Source: Barthelona sp. PAP020
Taxonomy: Eukaryota
DNA length: 64,000 bases
Reading direction: 5' to 3'
NCBI GenBank assembly: GCA_040182905.1
Contig: JARQWU010000027.1
Span: 1 to 64,000, forward strand
Shown here: positions 1 through 10,782 of the stretch, in pieces
Numbering within the stretch: the first letter of the stretch is position 1
How the letters are laid out: every line of letters starts with the position of its first letter
Translations under genes and position numbers: made by a program
The notes under the pieces: generated by a model
The model's database searches: none
Seen by the model: only the letters and a program-made list of their open reading frames with translations
Told to the model about the DNA's origin: nothing

Positions 1-174
1 CATGATAATTTTGTTGAATCTTACAGAAATTTATTTGATAATTATAATTCTGTTCTTAAAGACAATTTATTTGTTGTTAAAAATGTAAATAAAGTTTTTT
101 CATACACTGATAATGAAATAGAAGAGTCAATTAATCGTACATTTTCTTCTTTGGATCAATTTAATTTCCATTGA
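1..174 (+). CDS. EXO70: 3' end of a second Exo70 copy (runs off the window start)
   Basis: Frame 1 reads HDNFVESYRNLFDNY...SLDQFNFH then TGA. This is identical to the last 57 aa of the 14532-16886 gene. Nt 1-172 are the reverse complement of 14534-14705 with one synonymous change. Confidence 0.85.
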   Translation, partial: HDNFVESYRNLFDNYNSVLKDNLFVVKNVNKVFSYTDNEIEESINRTFSSLDQFNFH

Positions 175-340
175 CTTTTATTTTTGATAAATTGTTGCAA
201 AGAAAATTTTTTTCTATGATTTTAACTTTAATATCGATGAATTTTGGAAAAATTTGTTTTTTGGTTGAAAGAAAGCAAAAAAATGAAAATCAACAGCATC
301 ATCTATTTATTTTAGTGTTTTTTGTTATTAGATTACAATA

Positions 341-1291
341 ATGATTATTACATTCTTATTTTCAAGCGCAACTGGTAATACTCAATTTTTTGCCAAAGAA
401 ATTGCAAAAGAATTTCAAAAGTGTACTGAGGAGAAAATTAATTTCTATTATATTAATGTATTTCGTGCATCTCGAGAAGATTTTAAAGGTTTAACCGAAA
501 AACAACAAGAACATTTGCGTGATGCAGATTTTATTTGTGTTGGTAGTTATTTACATTGTCATCAATTAGACATTTCTATCAAAAAGTTTTTGAAATCATT
601 GGTTGATTCTAATGAATGTGATTATTTTGTTAATAAACCATGTATTTCCTTCATGACTTCTCATGGTCCAAGAACTGCAACTCTACCAACTGAAGCCAGA
701 GACTTTATTCATGCTCTTGGAGGTTTTTATTCAGGTAATATTCATGTTAGAGCACCACAAAATTATATTGTATTGATGCCCCCACAGAAAACTTGTTGGA
801 AATGGGGTCGCAAAACAATTGATAAAGCTTTAGAGATTGTTCCTGAGTTGTTTGAGAAATTAAAAAATAACTATGATTGTAATGATGCTGGTGATTTGCC
901 TGAAAAACTTATTGATTATGATTTTTGTCCCAAAAATATGGGAGGACCTATCATTGTTGATAATGACAAATGTATTGGGTGTAGAAAATGCATTTCAGTT
1001 TGTCCTACAATGGCTATAGTATTTGGAGACAACAACAGGCCAATATGGGACAGCTTATCTTGTATTGGTTGTCTAACATGCATTAATCATTGCAATTCTG
1101 AAGCTTTGGATACAGAAGCCACAAAGGTCAGATCTAAATATGTGTTCAAACCGAAAGTTGTTGATGAAGGGTGGACCACAATGTATGATGAAAATGGTGA
1201 TGTGTTACGTTTTGATGGACCAGTTGAAGAAACACCAGAAATTGCACAACCTGTAGATAATGAGTTTTTGAAACTTTTGGCAAAAGAATAA
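341..1291 (+). CDS. Flavodoxin-like + 2x[4Fe-4S] ferredoxin fusion (EFR1-type)
   Basis: N-terminal FSSATGNTQFFAKEI is a flavodoxin phosphate-binding loop. The C-terminal part has CIGCRKCISVCP and CIGCLTCINHC cluster motifs. Confidence 0.85.
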   Translation: MIITFLFSSATGNTQFFAKEIAKEFQKCTEEKINFYYINVFRASREDFKGLTEKQQEHLRDADFICVGSYLHCHQLDISIKKFLKSLVDSNECDYFVNKPCISFMTSHGPRTATLPTEARDFIHALGGFYSGNIHVRAPQNYIVLMPPQKTCWKWGRKTIDKALEIVPELFEKLKNNYDCNDAGDLPEKLIDYDFCPKNMGGPIIVDNDKCIGCRKCISVCPTMAIVFGDNNRPIWDSLSCIGCLTCINHCNSEALDTEATKVRSKYVFKPKVVDEGWTTMYDENGDVLRFDGPVEETPEIAQPVDNEFLKLLAKE

Positions 1292-1408
1292 GCTAAAAAT
1301 TAGCAATTTTGCTAAACATGAAAATAGTGTGTATGTGTAAATGAAATGCCTGTTTGTTTTTATGTGAATTTGTCTTAAATTTTTCAAAAATATAAAAACC
1401 AAACCTCA

Positions 1409-1476
1409 ACATGCTGACAAATAATCTTTAATCCACTCTATATGAGAATAAGAGTGGTGAAATTTTTTGCCAGTGT
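1409..1476 (+). other. Long imperfect intergenic hairpin
   Basis: CCACTCT/AGAGTGG and TAT/ATA close a GAGA loop. The stem extends outward through GCTGACAAA/TTTGCCAGT. Confidence 0.4.
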
Positions 1477-1992
1477 CTTCTTTTTATTTTGACTAAAGAA
1501 ATAACAGTCATAAGCAACCTCTAAATATGAAATTTTTAATTGTACTGTATGTTTACCCCACCAACTAGTTATCACTACAACAAAGTTGTTCGTAAAGGTC
1601 TTCAAAAGTAATTCTCTTGTTTCTCTCCCTCATTATTCATTTATCTTTGGAGGAATCCTATTATGCATAACTTTCGTCATCGATTCTCGTGTTTAGTTAA
1701 ATGATATATATATATACCATTTCAATTTGGCAGTCATTAGTTTATTCATTCTTCATTACCATTTTATTCACCAAAGGTTCAAATCTTAACGAGCCAATGC
1801 TTTCACTTTGTTCAGTAAAGTTGATTGTTCTTGCTTTGAAATGTGACGCAAGCTATTGTATTTGAGCATCGGTGTTGAAAGACAATTTGAAATGTTGGAT
1901 TCATCTTTTTTCTCAACCAAACTCTTCCTGCCAGCTATAGCAAAGAAAAAAAAACAAATATTTACCGACCACTGAACACAATTGGAAACACT

Positions 1993-2910
1993 TCACAACA
2001 CGTCAAATAACAACGCATCAACAGCTGCTGTATCGGTGGTTGTATCATCATTGTCTTTACTGGTATCTTCGTCAATCAAAACATCAACATCATCCAAAAA
2101 CTTTGTAAGATCTATACTGTTTCCAAACCATTGTACACTCTTACAAGTCTTTGGAAACAGATATTTTTGTTCTGCACAATACTGAAAAGCCAACATTAAC
2201 GAATGATTCATTGAAGAAAAACTTTCAAATTTCCTATCACCAATTTCAACTGAATACACTTGATTTGAAACTCCAGCGATTCGTGAATAGGATGTCTTTC
2301 TGTTGGTAAAAAATTCAAGATATTGAAACTGGTTACCTTCATTCAAATATCCAATGTTTTTCATTATTTCTATTGGGTGAGTCAAAAGCTTAGCGTTTTT
2401 ATCTGTTTCACGCTTTAAATCATTCAACTTGTTTATGTGTTCCACAACTATTTCATTGAAAACTTTTCTAAAAGTTTCAAACAAATAATCTTTAAAAAAG
2501 CTTAACTCATTTTCATGATAAATCACTCCGAGTAAACATTTCATCCATTTACTGACAGATTTCTTTGTTTTTGTTGTTTGAAAAAAATATTGAGGGTTAA
2601 GCTTAAATTCCAAATGTAATCTGAAAAAAGCTTCCTCAGTGCAAAATTGATGAAGTATTTGCATGTAGTTTAGATCATCTTCCAATAATTTTATTATATA
2701 TTCACCTATCACCAATTCATATGCTTCAAAACCCAAAAGAAGAAATTTATTGAATGCTATTTTTGCATTTAGAGGTAATAATTCAATATGATCTCCAAAG
2801 ACTAAACATAATCTTGATAAATGTTTATTTTTAAAGTTATAATGGATTTTTGATTCTAAATAATTAATACTCTTCGTTATGTCAATCAATTCATTTCTTT
2901 CGTTTTGCAT
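1993..2910 (-). CDS. RNase III-fold protein with degenerate catalytic signature
   Basis: YLESKIHYNFKNKHL matches the RNase III first helix. FNKFLLLGFEAYELVIGEYI aligns with NERLEFLGDAVLELVVSEYL but lacks the E and D. First ATG is at 2910. Confidence 0.55.
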   Translation of the reverse strand: MQNERNELIDITKSINYLESKIHYNFKNKHLSRLCLVFGDHIELLPLNAKIAFNKFLLLGFEAYELVIGEYIIKLLEDDLNYMQILHQFCTEEAFFRLHLEFKLNPQYFFQTTKTKKSVSKWMKCLLGVIYHENELSFFKDYLFETFRKVFNEIVVEHINKLNDLKRETDKNAKLLTHPIEIMKNIGYLNEGNQFQYLEFFTNRKTSYSRIAGVSNQVYSVEIGDRKFESFSSMNHSLMLAFQYCAEQKYLFPKTCKSVQWFGNSIDLTKFLDDVDVLIDEDTSKDNDDTTTDTAAVDALLFDVL

Positions 2911-3132
2911 AAAAATTCCAAGTAAGGTTTTTTTTCTTTCATCTTTTTTGTTTTTCACAAAAAATCTTGTGCAATCTATATTGTCAAAGAAAATAATCAA
3001 AATATAGAACTTCAAACTTTACAAAAAAATTCAATTGAACTTTGAACCGAATGAATAACTAATTTGTTTGGAAAGGTTTGTTTCAATCAATTGATTAGAA
3101 AAATAAAACTCTTATTCATAATATTTACAATT

Positions 3133-4356
3133 TCAATCATCACAACTATCATAACTATCATCACTGTCACACATAAATGAATGCATATTTCCACCATTAC
3201 GTTCGTTCAAATCTGATAAATCCCAACATAAATCAACAATCCAACCAAAATCAGCCTGATTTAATACAATTCCATGGGATATTAATTTCCGACATAGAAC
3301 TTGTTTATGTTCCACATTTCTTTCAAATATGGTTGAAATTATCCCACCATTGTGATCTTCAGCAAAATCTAATAAATCTTTGAAGTGAAAATCAATAGAA
3401 TAAGTTAAATTAAACGCTCTCATTCTATAAAGCTCAAAAGATGCAATGAGAGTTTTATTATTTGGTGAAACAGCTAACCTCATGGAACTTGTTAAAAAAT
3501 TAGTGCATTGAACCACATTTAATTGAGCACAAGAAACAACAGAACATAAAATCAGGTGTCCAGTTTTAACAGCTGCAATCAATTGGCTATCATTGTTCAA
3601 AAAGTTAATGTCTGTAACATGTGAATCCAAAGAAAATGAAGTAATATGAGATTTGGTAGAACAATCGAAAACTCTCACCTTTCTATCATTCCCACCAGAA
3701 GAAAATATTCTCGAAACGCGACCAAATTTCACAACATTAACAGATATATTGTGCCTTTTCAGTCTAAAGAATTCCTCAAGGTCAGAAAGCTCAGAAATTC
3801 GAACGCTTAAATCATCACTACCAGTACAAACATAAGATCCATCAAAAGAAATTGACAACGATCTAATCGACTTTGAATGACATTTGCATTCCTTCATAAT
3901 GGATTGAGAACATACATCCCAAACCTTCAAATAACCATATTGATCACCAACACAAATATATGCCGAATCTCCATAAGTAGTGTAAAAAGGTAAAAATTCA
4001 ATGGAATAACAAACGCAATTAGCTTCAAGAGTGCAATAGTCCACATATTCATTTTCATTCAAAGTATATACACGAATCTTCCAATTATTTCCACACGTTG
4101 CTAAATAAAAATCATCTTCACTAAAAGCAACATCTTGAATCTTTTTTGATTGTCTGCCTAATCGTTGTTTAATACTTAAATCAATTGAATTAAAAATAGT
4201 GACCATAAAATCATAAGCTACAGTCACAAAAATATCTCCTTCATGTGAAAATTTAATGGAAGTAATCAGATTTGAATGTGGTGAAAAGACATCTTTAGGT
4301 TCAATAACGTCTGAAAAATCATAGTCAAATAACTCATCAACATCTTTTAATTCCAT
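3133..4356 (-). CDS. WD40-repeat protein with CWDL..NGGNM C-terminal module
   Basis: About 7 WD repeats (e.g. HSKSIRSLSISFDGSYVCTGSDDLSVRI). First ATG is at 4356. The tail is shared with the 42140-45136 protein. Confidence 0.9.
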   Translation of the reverse strand: MELKDVDELFDYDFSDVIEPKDVFSPHSNLITSIKFSHEGDIFVTVAYDFMVTIFNSIDLSIKQRLGRQSKKIQDVAFSEDDFYLATCGNNWKIRVYTLNENEYVDYCTLEANCVCYSIEFLPFYTTYGDSAYICVGDQYGYLKVWDVCSQSIMKECKCHSKSIRSLSISFDGSYVCTGSDDLSVRISELSDLEEFFRLKRHNISVNVVKFGRVSRIFSSGGNDRKVRVFDCSTKSHITSFSLDSHVTDINFLNNDSQLIAAVKTGHLILCSVVSCAQLNVVQCTNFLTSSMRLAVSPNNKTLIASFELYRMRAFNLTYSIDFHFKDLLDFAEDHNGGIISTIFERNVEHKQVLCRKLISHGIVLNQADFGWIVDLCWDLSDLNERNGGNMHSFMCDSDDSYDSCDD

Positions 4357-4710
4357 AAATTTAAAAAAAAAAGGAAAAAAAATCTTAAAAAAAAAAAAAA
4401 GTACTGAAATCAAAGCAAGCACTAAAAAATGTATTTCAAAACTTTAGAATATTGAAACACAGAATACTCTCGTTGTTTCATGAAAAAACAAAAACAAAAA
4501 TATGAGAGATAATAGTCCTTTTTAATTGAAGAAATTATTGAATTATCGTAATCAATGTGAAAAGAAAAGACAGGCAAAAATTATTCCTAAAAAAAAATTG
4601 AGCAATCTTTGATGAAAAAAAAAAAAAAAAGACATAAAAAAAAAAAAAAAAAACACCAAAAAAGGCGAAGGCTGCGAAAAAAAAAAAAGGCATGAACCTC
4701 AAATTTTTTA

Positions 4711-6753
4711 ATGGATTTGCAATCCTACAATTGTATTGAATTTTGTCCAGAACATGCAGAACCGTTAATATATTATTGTAATGATTGCAAAAAATATATA
4801 TGTGAAAAATGTACAAAAGAAAAGCATTTAATTCATTCAACGGATGATGTTCAAGATTTAAATTATGATTTTGAAACAAAATTTCGAAAATCTCAATCAA
4901 AATTGTATACTAAGGTTAAAAATGTTTTAGATAGTTATTCATCTTTCGAAGAATCTTCAAAAGATTCACCGAATTCTTTTAATGATGAAAAGGAGGCATT
5001 ATTTGATGAGTTAGCTAATGCACTGCAATTGACTTCCATCATGTCGGAAGATGATGACTCTTCTTTAAATGTTGAGTTTGGAGATGAGGTTGCACTTAAA
5101 GAAAGCGGATTAAATTTTTCGCCACTGATAGAAGATTCATTCGTTCCCCCTTGGTTGTTACCTGCCATGTCTGAAAACACTTTACAACAACAAATGTGCT
5201 CCTATGGTTTTTGTTATTTGAATATTTCAAAAAGTTCAATTGTTCAACATTCTGATGGAGTAGAAATTGATGTTTTAAGCCTTGATAAAAAATTGCGTGC
5301 AGTTTCAGCACTTTCCAATCAATTTGCTGAACTTGACTCCGATATTTTCAATGATTATATAGATTTATATTTATTGGGAGATATTGAAACTTTTTTAGAA
5401 GCTCGATCATCATTTTCATCAGCAACACCAAAAAAGCCTCATATATTACCCGTTCAAGGTGCTTTTGAACCTGCAATCGTTCCTAAAATTCATGAAATTG
5501 CGGATAACCTATTACCACTCGTTAAATTTGATGTTCCTATATATATGCAGGCAGGAGTAACTGGAACATCATTGCATGATGAATTCCCATATACAAAACA
5601 GGGTGACGTTATTGCAAATCAATATGTAGTTATCATGCCTTTAGCTGAAGGATCTTTTTCAAAAGTATTGTTGGTTGCTCGGTTAAATCAGCCCGAAAAG
5701 CCCCTTGTTCTTAAGGTTGTAAATCATTCACGAATCTCTTTCAATCAGAGCTTGGATGAGCTTAGAATTCTTCAATACGTTTCATCTAACACTGATTCGA
5801 TAGAAGAAATGTATGTGCAGGTATTAGACCATTTTTACTTTCGAGAACATTTGATTTTTGTCATGGAATATCATAACGTTAACTTGTTACAAGTGTTTGA
5901 GAATTGTACACATCATCTAGCTATATTACGTCAGAAAATACTGGAATTTTGTTTTGGTACATTAATATCCAAAGCAGAGCTCGACGATCGTATTCGTTTG
6001 ACGCTTGCAAGACTAAACCCATTTAGATTAGGCAATATACAACGTATTGCCAAGCGTGTTGTTGATGTAATCAATGCCTTATCGGATCTGAAGGTTGTTC
6101 ATGGTGATATTAAACCAGAAAATGTTGTTTGGGGCACAGTGTATAACGTTAAACAACAGAGAAAATTATTTGGAATTTTGCCAGAAGAAACCGTGATCAC
6201 ATTGTCAGATTATATTACTGCTGCAGATTTTTATTCATCCAAATTGCCTTTATCGGTTTCTGCAGATGAATGTCGTGTGTTGGACTTTGGATCTGCACAG
6301 TTTTTGAGTGGCAATAATATCCCATACATTCAATCAAGGCCTTATCGTGCACCAGAAGTTTTATTAAACGTTGGTTTCAGTGAGGCTTCCGATATGTGGA
6401 GTTTGGGCTGTCTTCTGGTTGAATTATGGACGGGCACAATTTTATTTCCTGTCAGTGAGATTCCTGAACAGTTAGCAAAATTGATAAGTGTTTGTGGAAA
6501 GATTCCAGCGGATATGTTGGAGAAATCACCCACAGCACATCAATTCATCACTAAAAATGGTCTACCTTATTATTTGAATGATATTGGGTTAACCATAATG
6601 TATCCACATGCTACTGATTTAGAAACAATTTTGGCGAATTATCATCCGTTATTTTTAGATTTTATCAAAAAATTATTAATTATTGATCCTAAACAACGAT
6701 TGAAACCGAAAGAAGCGTTGAATCATCCTTTCTTTAAATTAGAATTTTGTTAG
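4711..6753 (+). CDS. DYRK-family (CMGC) protein kinase with N-terminal B-box zinc finger
   Basis: B-box CPEH...YCNDCKKYICEKC...H..H; kinase motifs HGDIKPEN, DFG, YIQSRPYRAPE and DMWSLGC. Confidence 0.85.
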   Translation: MDLQSYNCIEFCPEHAEPLIYYCNDCKKYICEKCTKEKHLIHSTDDVQDLNYDFETKFRKSQSKLYTKVKNVLDSYSSFEESSKDSPNSFNDEKEALFDELANALQLTSIMSEDDDSSLNVEFGDEVALKESGLNFSPLIEDSFVPPWLLPAMSENTLQQQMCSYGFCYLNISKSSIVQHSDGVEIDVLSLDKKLRAVSALSNQFAELDSDIFNDYIDLYLLGDIETFLEARSSFSSATPKKPHILPVQGAFEPAIVPKIHEIADNLLPLVKFDVPIYMQAGVTGTSLHDEFPYTKQGDVIANQYVVIMPLAEGSFSKVLLVARLNQPEKPLVLKVVNHSRISFNQSLDELRILQYVSSNTDSIEEMYVQVLDHFYFREHLIFVMEYHNVNLLQVFENCTHHLAILRQKILEFCFGTLISKAELDDRIRLTLARLNPFRLGNIQRIAKRVVDVINALSDLKVVHGDIKPENVVWGTVYNVKQQRKLFGILPEETVITLSDYITAADFYSSKLPLSVSADECRVLDFGSAQFLSGNNIPYIQSRPYRAPEVLLNVGFSEASDMWSLGCLLVELWTGTILFPVSEIPEQLAKLISVCGKIPADMLEKSPTAHQFITKNGLPYYLNDIGLTIMYPHATDLETILANYHPLFLDFIKKLLIIDPKQRLKPKEALNHPFFKLEFC

Positions 6754-6913
6754 ATGATTTTAAGATTATTTTCTTATAAATGTTGTTTGTTTATTCTTTT
6801 TTAACTCCATTTGTGTTTTTATGTCATGAGTTTCTTTTTTTGAAACACAAGGTTTCAGTGGATAAAAAATAAAAAGAACTTTTTTTACACAGAATATTTG
6901 CATATATAGTTCT

Positions 6914-7714
6914 ATGAATAATCGAAATAGTCCACATTTATATAATATTAATAATGATTCTATCATTTTATCGGATGATAATGAATGTATAATACTTAGT
7001 GATATTGAAAGTCCTTCATCTCCTTCAATTCTAATAGATTCAAACGAAAATAGACCTTTTTCATCGCGACCAAATATAATATTTACATCAAATCCTTCAG
7101 ATAACGTTCCTGATCTTTTTTCTATCTCATCACATTCAATCCCTATAGATATTCACGCTCATTCAATCAAAGATGACAGGTCTCATATTTCTTCTGGAAC
7201 TGGAACTGAATTTAATGACATTATTGAAGAAAATGATGGTGAAATAGATATTTTGAGTAGTTTCGTTGAAAATGATGAGAATGGAGATGATATCACAGTA
7301 ATAGATATGCCTCAGTATGATCAACAACTTATAAGATCTCACTACGAAACTAAAATTTCCCTTTTAAACAACAAGGTGCTAAATTTAACTCGCAGATTAG
7401 TCAACAAACAAAAACCCTCAATAAAACGGGCACCGATATTAGTTAATACAAATCCTGTCATTTTACCTTCTTTTTCGTTGGAAAAACATGTTGATGATGA
7501 GGAAACTAAAAAAATAGTTAACAATTTACCCAAATGTCCAATTTGTTTCGAAGCTTTATCAAGGTCATTACCTGCAATTGTTTTAACAAAATGCGGGCAT
7601 GTTATGTGTGAAAGATGTATGAATGAATTATTAAAATCAGCAAATAAGAAATTGTGTCCCACTTGCAGAAAACCATTCAATAAAAAAACTATAACGAAAC
7701 TGTTTTATTCATAA
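6914..7714 (+). CDS. RING E3 ligase with SIM-like motifs (RNF4/Slx8-like architecture)
   Basis: C-terminal C3HC4 RING (CPIC...CGHVMCERC...CPTCR). The acidic N-terminus has IILSDD, IILSD, ILIDS and ITVID motifs. Confidence 0.7.
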   Translation: MNNRNSPHLYNINNDSIILSDDNECIILSDIESPSSPSILIDSNENRPFSSRPNIIFTSNPSDNVPDLFSISSHSIPIDIHAHSIKDDRSHISSGTGTEFNDIIEENDGEIDILSSFVENDENGDDITVIDMPQYDQQLIRSHYETKISLLNNKVLNLTRRLVNKQKPSIKRAPILVNTNPVILPSFSLEKHVDDEETKKIVNNLPKCPICFEALSRSLPAIVLTKCGHVMCERCMNELLKSANKKLCPTCRKPFNKKTITKLFYS

Positions 7715-8003
7715 ATATTGAAAATTTTATTTTTTTATCGTTAAAATTGGCATTGTGAAATCAAATAGGATTTAAAAGTTTACATTATCAATTTTTGCCA
7801 TCATTTTGAGGAATTTTAAGTTGTAAAACTGGTCTTTTTACCATTTTTTTTTTGGAGAACAAGATAGACAAAATCTCACTTTAAACAGAGTTTTTTTGGC
7901 AAAATAATAATTTATACATTCCTTTTTGCCATTTTGTGAATTAAAGTTAATCAATTACAAAAACAAACAAATATATCTTTTCAACCTTTTTTTTTTTTCA
8001 TTT

Positions 8004-10298
8004 ATGGACAATTTAATTCAAAGATCACGACAGAGTTGTGAAGATTTACAGAATCTTTCATTTCATGAAAATTTTTTGAATATGTCTCAAGTTGCCTCAC
8101 ATTCCAGAAATTTATTGTCTGAAACCACAGAAGGAATTGAAGGAACATCTATTAATCGAGGATTACGATTGTTATATCAATTAGATGTGGATATTGGTAA
8201 AGCTTCTGAACTTTTGGAAGAAGTTAAAATTGCTTTTACTCCAGAACATCAAGGAACTGCTTTAAAATCATCTGGCAATTTGCAATCATATCTTGAAGCA
8301 ACTCAACAAGAAACATTTTTAAGTCTTGTCGATTTGGCCCAACGTACTGCTCTTGATTCTTTTCAAAATAATCAATCATCTTTTATTAATTCACAATGGA
8401 ATAGTTTAAAGGTTGAGATTATGGAAGGTGTATCGAGTAATAGTGAAGTTGTTGGAAGCAGTTCAAGGATCCGTCGTTCACCTGAAACTGAACCCTTTAA
8501 AAGAGCTGTTGTTGAAACTTTACCCCCTGTTGGAGGAACTACTTATGAAGCTAGAGTTAATTCTGTGTTGGAAAGGTGGCTTTCTACTTTATCGGGACAA
8601 TCCTTGTCATCATGGGAGTTATTACAAAACATGTTGCCTACAACAAGGACCACTGAATTTGAACGTACCAATGGTGCGATTAAACACCTCCAGAGTCAGT
8701 ATAGGTCGATAATGATTGATATAGTACGTCGACGTCGTGAATATGTGAAACCTGGTTCGAACCCGGAGCCTATTGTTTTTTGTCAGGCATATCTTCGTTG
8801 TATCTTAATGGATTCTAACAATGAATGGCCAATTGGATGTCATGAAATTCAAGATAATCATCCTTTTTGGCCCCAAATTTTTCATCTCTTACGTATTGGT
8901 GAGTATGATGCCGCTATACGTGTTGCCAATATGAATCAGAAAGATAATGTTGTTTTGTTTACTAGAGCGTTAACTGAGTGGGTTATTGATCGTAAAGTGA
9001 CTGAATCTCTTCGTATTGAAACTCAAAGACACTTTAATGCGTTAGTTGCAAATCAAACATTAGCAAGTGCTGCAAATACACATGGTAACGTTGACCTTTA
9101 TGAAATTGTTTGTTATGGTCTTGTATCCGGTGCTAATTTGGACGAAATTGAAATTGATATTCTTGATCGTGTTGAAAATTGGATATGGTACCGATTATGT
9201 ATTGATGAAAATCTTGAATTATTGCGACAAACATTGTTAGAAGCAGGGTTTGAACATTTTGGAACTAATTACTTGTTATATTTCTCATTACTATTGATAG
9301 TACAAGGATTTGCACCAGCTATAGCTTTCTTAAAGAAACATAATCTTGAAGATGCGGTTCATTTTGGCATATTTATGAATTCACGTCATGTCCTTAGAAT
9401 TTCTGATTCTTTAGATGACCCTATATTGAACGAAACTAGTAATATCATAAATTATGCTAAGTTAATTCAGACATATACTTCTACGTTTGCTATGACAGAT
9501 CCAAGAAGAGCAGCTGTATATTTATTGTTATTACAAGCAGAAAGCTTAGTTACTCCTTGTATTACCAATTTAATTATCAATTGCAAAGAATTTGGGTTTT
9601 TCTTGGGGAAATCCCCATTATTAGGAGAAACTTCAGTTCAACATCCATTTTTACGTCCGTTGGTTTCTTCTGAACAATTCAGATTGGTTGCTGAATCTGT
9701 CGCAAATTGGTGTCAAAATGCTGGATATTTTGTTCAAGCAATTTCTTTGTATGATATTGCTGGACGCACTGAATATGCAATTGAGATCTTAACACGTCAT
9801 ATTTCCTTGCTATTATTAGGTACTTCTGAAAATAAAGAAGAAATTAAATCAATGGGTGAAACAATATTGAATCACATTCGCAGAAGTCCCAGCCATGCTA
9901 AATATCATCAAGAAAGTCATTTATTGCATATAATGTTGAAATTGATGGACTTTTTCAAATTTTATGAAAATAAAGATTTGGACAATGCTTTGAATGTGAT
10001 TATTGATTTAGATATTTTACCTTTGAGACCTAATGATGCTGTTGAATTATATGTGAATAAATTTGTCAAATCTCCCATTTTATTACAACAAAGAATTGGT
10101 GATATTTTATCAGCAATGGTTGCTATTTTGCTGGAACAATATTCCATTCATAAAGATAATCAATATAATGAAACTTTTATCAATTCCTTAAAAATCAAAG
10201 GTAGACAAATAGTTCAATTTGGAGGTAGAATTAATGCAGGTTTAAAACCAGAAGTAACATCTGCTTTAATGCAATTAGAAATCTGTTTTTCTTATTGA
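8004..10298 (+). CDS. NUP93: Nucleoporin Nup93/Nic96
   Basis: HPFWPQIFHLLRIG, VENWIWYRL, YFSLLLIVQGFAPAIAFL and DAVHFGI are Nic96-like motifs. First ATG is at 8004. Confidence 0.85.
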   Translation: MDNLIQRSRQSCEDLQNLSFHENFLNMSQVASHSRNLLSETTEGIEGTSINRGLRLLYQLDVDIGKASELLEEVKIAFTPEHQGTALKSSGNLQSYLEATQQETFLSLVDLAQRTALDSFQNNQSSFINSQWNSLKVEIMEGVSSNSEVVGSSSRIRRSPETEPFKRAVVETLPPVGGTTYEARVNSVLERWLSTLSGQSLSSWELLQNMLPTTRTTEFERTNGAIKHLQSQYRSIMIDIVRRRREYVKPGSNPEPIVFCQAYLRCILMDSNNEWPIGCHEIQDNHPFWPQIFHLLRIGEYDAAIRVANMNQKDNVVLFTRALTEWVIDRKVTESLRIETQRHFNALVANQTLASAANTHGNVDLYEIVCYGLVSGANLDEIEIDILDRVENWIWYRLCIDENLELLRQTLLEAGFEHFGTNYLLYFSLLLIVQGFAPAIAFLKKHNLEDAVHFGIFMNSRHVLRISDSLDDPILNETSNIINYAKLIQTYTSTFAMTDPRRAAVYLLLLQAESLVTPCITNLIINCKEFGFFLGKSPLLGETSVQHPFLRPLVSSEQFRLVAESVANWCQNAGYFVQAISLYDIAGRTEYAIEILTRHISLLLLGTSENKEEIKSMGETILNHIRRSPSHAKYHQESHLLHIMLKLMDFFKFYENKDLDNALNVIIDLDILPLRPNDAVELYVNKFVKSPILLQQRIGDILSAMVAILLEQYSIHKDNQYNETFINSLKIKGRQIVQFGGRINAGLKPEVTSALMQLEICFSY

Positions 10299-10782
10299 GT
10301 AACATAAATATTTATAGATGTTTTTTTCATTCAATTGTTTTCTTTTTAATTAGAATCATTCATCGTGATATTTTTGGTTTATTCAACTTTTGAAAGACTT
10401 TTTGATAAACAGAAAAAAAATGAAAATTTCTCTTTTCCTTATGTAAGAATTCTTTTTTTAATAGTACAATAGAAATTTGATCTTTTATAATTCAATTAAA
10501 ATAAAAATGCATCGTTATTTAAAGTTTCTTTTTAATAGTTTTTGTTTGCCTGCTTTGTCTCGAAATTAAAAAAAAAAGAATCGAAACCTTTTTATTCTCC
10601 TCTATCAATTTTATCCTTTTGTTTTGCTTTATTTTTTGAAAATAAAACAACCTAACACAAAAAAAAACAAAAAAAAATACAAAAAAAAAAACAATTATGC
10701 TTTATTGTTTTAAGAATAACATTTATAGATAGTTTAATGAAATGAAAATACAAAAAAATATCGTATATTAATAAATAAATAA

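Noticed and set aside
4535..4900. Short antisense or overlapping ORFs in the track (this one and similar)
   Set aside because: They are shadows of real genes or of poly-A/T tracts, and many use non-ATG starts.
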